Assembly: GCA_035312605.1 (NCBI GenBank)
Contig: DATGBR010000362.1
Location: 1-44,551 of the forward strand
Origin: Candidatus Methylomirabilota bacterium
Lineage (GTDB): Bacteria; Methylomirabilota; Methylomirabilia; Rokubacteriales; CSP1-6
Length of the DNA stretch: 44,551 nt
Direction of reading: 5' to 3'
The translations under genes and the position numbers were made by a program. Below, piece by piece: positions 42,040 to 44,551 of the stretch (position 1 is the stretch's first letter; each line of letters opens with the position of its first letter). The notes beneath the pieces were generated by a model. That model was not told the DNA's origin. It was given only the letters and a program-made list of their open reading frames with translations, and ran no database searches.

Positions 42040-43431
42040 ATGATCATGACCCGCCCGCTGATCGTTCTTGCAACCTTGCTCCTCTCCCTGGCGCTGCCGG
42101 TCGGCATCGCGCACGGGGGCGAGCCCTGGCCGGTCGATCCCGGTGTCGCGGAGCGCCCTCCGGATCTACCGTCCTGGCTGATCGCCTCCCGGCTCGGCCG
42201 GCCGCTCGACGACACCTCCCGTGATGACGCCATGGGCAGCAGCGGCCTCAGCGACCTGGGCGCGGTGCTGCTGCGCGAGGGCCCCGGCGCCCCGATCAAT
42301 CCGGATCCCCTTACGCTCCGGGCCTCCGGCGAGGACTCGACCGACCTGCGCGCGCTCCTCGGGCGGGGCGATCGCTGGCACCTGATGAGCTTCGGCGCCG
42401 CGGCCGCCAACCGGCCGCAAGACATGAAGGTGACCGCGTACGGAGCCGTGGCTTATCTCCCGAGCCTGTCGAGCTCCCGGCCCGACGGCAGTCTCGGCTT
42501 CGGGCCGGCCACCGCGCCGGGCGCGGCCTTCGGCCTCGGCCTGGACGATCCGGAGGAGCCGGTGTCGCTCGGCTTCAAGGGCGAGCTCGCCGGCCTCGGG
42601 CTCGAGGGCGGCGCGGAGTACCGCTCGGTCGGCAAGCGACTGGAGCGGGTCGTGACCGGGCCGGCCTCCCAGAAGGACCGGGAGGGCACCGAGGTCTGGC
42701 TGGCCCAGACCCTGGGTCTCCTTCGGCTCAAGCTGTCGCAGTCAGATCTCTCCGACAACGTGGACCGGGATCCCGCGCTGCCCCGGACCACCAAGATCCA
42801 GACCGCGGTGAGCGCGCAGCTCGCCCCGCGCGCCTGGCCGATCTTCGGCCTCACCTACGCCACCGGCGACTCCGAGCGCAGCTGGCTCACCGGCGATGGC
42901 CGCACCCGCACGATCGAGCGCCAGACCTTCGACAGCGTGGCCGGGTCGGCGTACTACGGGGCGCGGTGGTTCGATCTCTCGGGGACCTCCACCTACAGCT
43001 ACAGTCGAGAGCCCGGCCGATCCGATCGCGACATGAACTCGCTCTACCACGACCTGAGCCTCACCCTGCGTCCGGTCAACGTGCTGTCCGTCACGCCCTC
43101 GCTCAGCAGCGGGGTCGACCGGTACGAGTGGTCGTCCACCCGCTACCAGTTCGGCTCGGCCTCGCTGCTGCTCACCTACACGCCGCCCGCGAGCCGGTTC
43201 AGCCTATGGACGCTCGGAGCCTACACCACGTCCCAGAGCACGGACCGCACCGTGGACGGGCGCACCATGAGCGTGAGCGGGGGCCTGGCGTACGGGCTCG
43301 GCAAGATCCTCGGGGGGCAGGCGAGCGTCGCGGTCCAGGCCGGCTACGATCGCTACGTGGACGGGATCTACCCCGACAGCTCGACGCGCGGGGCCTTCGG
43401 GCTGGTCCTCTTGAAGGTCGCGTCCTTCTAG
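42040..43431 (+). CDS. predicted outer-membrane beta-barrel protein, unknown family
   Basis: Signal peptide MIMTRPLIVLATLLLSLALPVGIAHG (alternative TTG start at 42019). Ser/Thr/Gly/Tyr-rich alternating segments in the C-terminal ~300 aa, ending ..GAFGLVLLKVASF (terminal aromatic, OMP beta-signal-like). Confidence 0.7.
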   Translation: MIMTRPLIVLATLLLSLALPVGIAHGGEPWPVDPGVAERPPDLPSWLIASRLGRPLDDTSRDDAMGSSGLSDLGAVLLREGPGAPINPDPLTLRASGEDSTDLRALLGRGDRWHLMSFGAAAANRPQDMKVTAYGAVAYLPSLSSSRPDGSLGFGPATAPGAAFGLGLDDPEEPVSLGFKGELAGLGLEGGAEYRSVGKRLERVVTGPASQKDREGTEVWLAQTLGLLRLKLSQSDLSDNVDRDPALPRTTKIQTAVSAQLAPRAWPIFGLTYATGDSERSWLTGDGRTRTIERQTFDSVAGSAYYGARWFDLSGTSTYSYSREPGRSDRDMNSLYHDLSLTLRPVNVLSVTPSLSSGVDRYEWSSTRYQFGSASLLLTYTPPASRFSLWTLGAYTTSQSTDRTVDGRTMSVSGGLAYGLGKILGGQASVAVQAGYDRYVDGIYPDSSTRGAFGLVLLKVASF

Positions 43432-43464
43432 CCGTCCTCCCCCTCCGCGGGCGGCGGCGGCGGG

Positions 43465-44307
43465 TCAGCCGTGCCGGAGCCGCGGATCCAGGAAGTCCTG
43501 CAGCGCGTCGCCGAGGATATTGAGCGACAGCACCACCACGAAGATCGCCAGCCCCGGCAGCAGCGCCACGTGCGGGCGCAGGATCACGAAGGTGCGCGCG
43601 GTGGCCAGCATGCTGCCCCAGTCCGCGGTGGGCGGCTGGGTGCCCAGGCCGAGGAAGCTGAGCCCGGCGGTGGCGAGGATCTTGGCCCCGACGTCGAGGC
43701 TCCAGGCCACCACCACCGGCGCCAGCAGGTGGGGCAGCAGGTGGCGGCGCAGGATCGACCGGTCGCTGCTGCCGAGGGCGCGCGCCGCCTCCACGAACTC
43801 ACGCTCCCGCAGGGAGAGGACCAGGCCCCGCGCCAGGCGCGTGTAGAGGGGAAAGCCCACGATCGCGATCGCCACCATCGCGTTCGCGAGGCCGGGGCCG
43901 AGGCCGGCCACGATGGCGATGGCGAGCAGGATATAGGGGAACGCCATCAGGATGTCGGTCAGGCGCATCACCACCGTGTCCACCCGCCCGCCCCAGTAGC
44001 CGGCGTGCACCCCGAGGAGCCCGCCGACCAGCATCGAGACGCTCGCGGTGGCGAACCCGGCCAGCAGCGAGATCCGGCCGCCCCACACCAGGCGGGCCAG
44101 CATGTCGCGCCCGAACTCGTCGGTACCGAGCAGGTGGCCGGGGCTGCCGGGCGGGCGCAGCCGGTTGGGGGTGTCGACCGCGTCGGGATCCAGCAGCGGC
44201 AGGTAGGGCGCGAGCAGCGCGGCGAGCACCGCCGCGGCCATGACCAAGCCCGCGGCGAGGGCGAGCTGGTTGCGCGGGATACGGCGCAGCACGCGAGGCG
44301 GCCTCAT
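43465..44307 (-). CDS. ABC transporter permease (DppC/OppC type)
   Basis: 280 aa with the N-terminal GTDEFGRDMLARL block and the EAA-type loop EFVEAARALGSSDRSILRRHLLP. Confidence 0.92.
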   Translation of the reverse strand: MRPPRVLRRIPRNQLALAAGLVMAAAVLAALLAPYLPLLDPDAVDTPNRLRPPGSPGHLLGTDEFGRDMLARLVWGGRISLLAGFATASVSMLVGGLLGVHAGYWGGRVDTVVMRLTDILMAFPYILLAIAIVAGLGPGLANAMVAIAIVGFPLYTRLARGLVLSLREREFVEAARALGSSDRSILRRHLLPHLLAPVVVAWSLDVGAKILATAGLSFLGLGTQPPTADWGSMLATARTFVILRPHVALLPGLAIFVVVLSLNILGDALQDFLDPRLRHG

Positions 44308-44317
44308 TCGTGGGAGC

Positions 44318-44551
44318 TCACTCGTAGCGAATGCGGGGGTCCAGAAAGGCGTAGAGCAGATCGACGGCCAGGTTGAAGAGCACGAAGCCGAGCGCGATCA
44401 CCAGCACGCAGCCCTGCACGAGCGGGAAGTCGCGCGCGAGGATGCCCTGGATCATCAGGGTTCCCACCCCCGGCCACGCGAACACGGTCTCGGTGAGGAT
44501 CGCGCCGCCCAGCAGGTAGCCGGCCTGCACGCCCACCACCGTCACGGTCGG
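44318..44551 (-). CDS. ABC transporter permease (DppB/OppB type), C-terminal part only (5' end outside window)
   Basis: The frame is open to the window edge. Tail sequence ..TETVFAWPGVGTLMIQGILARDFPLVQG..LLYAFLDPRIRYE is typical of DppB/OppB. Confidence 0.9.
   Translation of the reverse strand, partial: PTVTVVGVQAGYLLGGAILTETVFAWPGVGTLMIQGILARDFPLVQGCVLVIALGFVLFNLAVDLLYAFLDPRIRYE

Overview
This is a roughly 70 % GC, densely coding bacterial chromosome segment with about 40 genes on both strands. I saw no rRNA, tRNA, CRISPR array, transposase or integrase. A sigma54-type activator (GAFTGA loop), a lipobox lipoprotein, Tat-type signals and a predicted outer-membrane beta-barrel point to a high-GC diderm, but the lineage cannot be named from the sequence alone.

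Most genes are accessory catabolic or redox enzymes: an aldo/keto reductase, two enolase-superfamily/Zn-ADH pairs, an FAH-family protein, two LLM-class oxidoreductases, an SDR, a VOC protein, a thiolase with its DUF35 partner, an amidohydrolase, a family III CoA-transferase, a class III aminotransferase and an M20 peptidase. There are also three orphan ABC substrate-binding proteins, two ABC permeases, a DASS-type transporter, a NudC/CinA pair and a hybrid histidine kinase.

Notable points:
1. A self-contained signalling island spans 15855-27334. It encodes a V4R-like/GAF histidine kinase, a REC-cyclase and a REC-sigma54 activator. The only two near-consensus sigma54 -24/-12 elements in the window sit back-to-back in a 481-nt spacer, facing two operons of small-molecule-modifying enzymes, one of which includes an alpha/beta-hydrolase::glycosyltransferase fusion.
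2. Two otherwise intact enzyme genes carry in-frame stops where Trp or an aromatic residue is expected: TGA in a Zn-ADH and TAG in the aminotransferase.
3. trpS forms a sharp codon-usage island and is probably foreign.
4. A 54-codon lipoprotein ORF, too short for the supplied track, has a strong RBS.
5. An extended -10 motif, TGnTAGACT, recurs upstream of several genes.

Many long R/A/G/P-rich ORFs in the track are high-GC shadow frames and are not reported as genes. All promoter, terminator and domain calls are made by eye and need computation or experiment.
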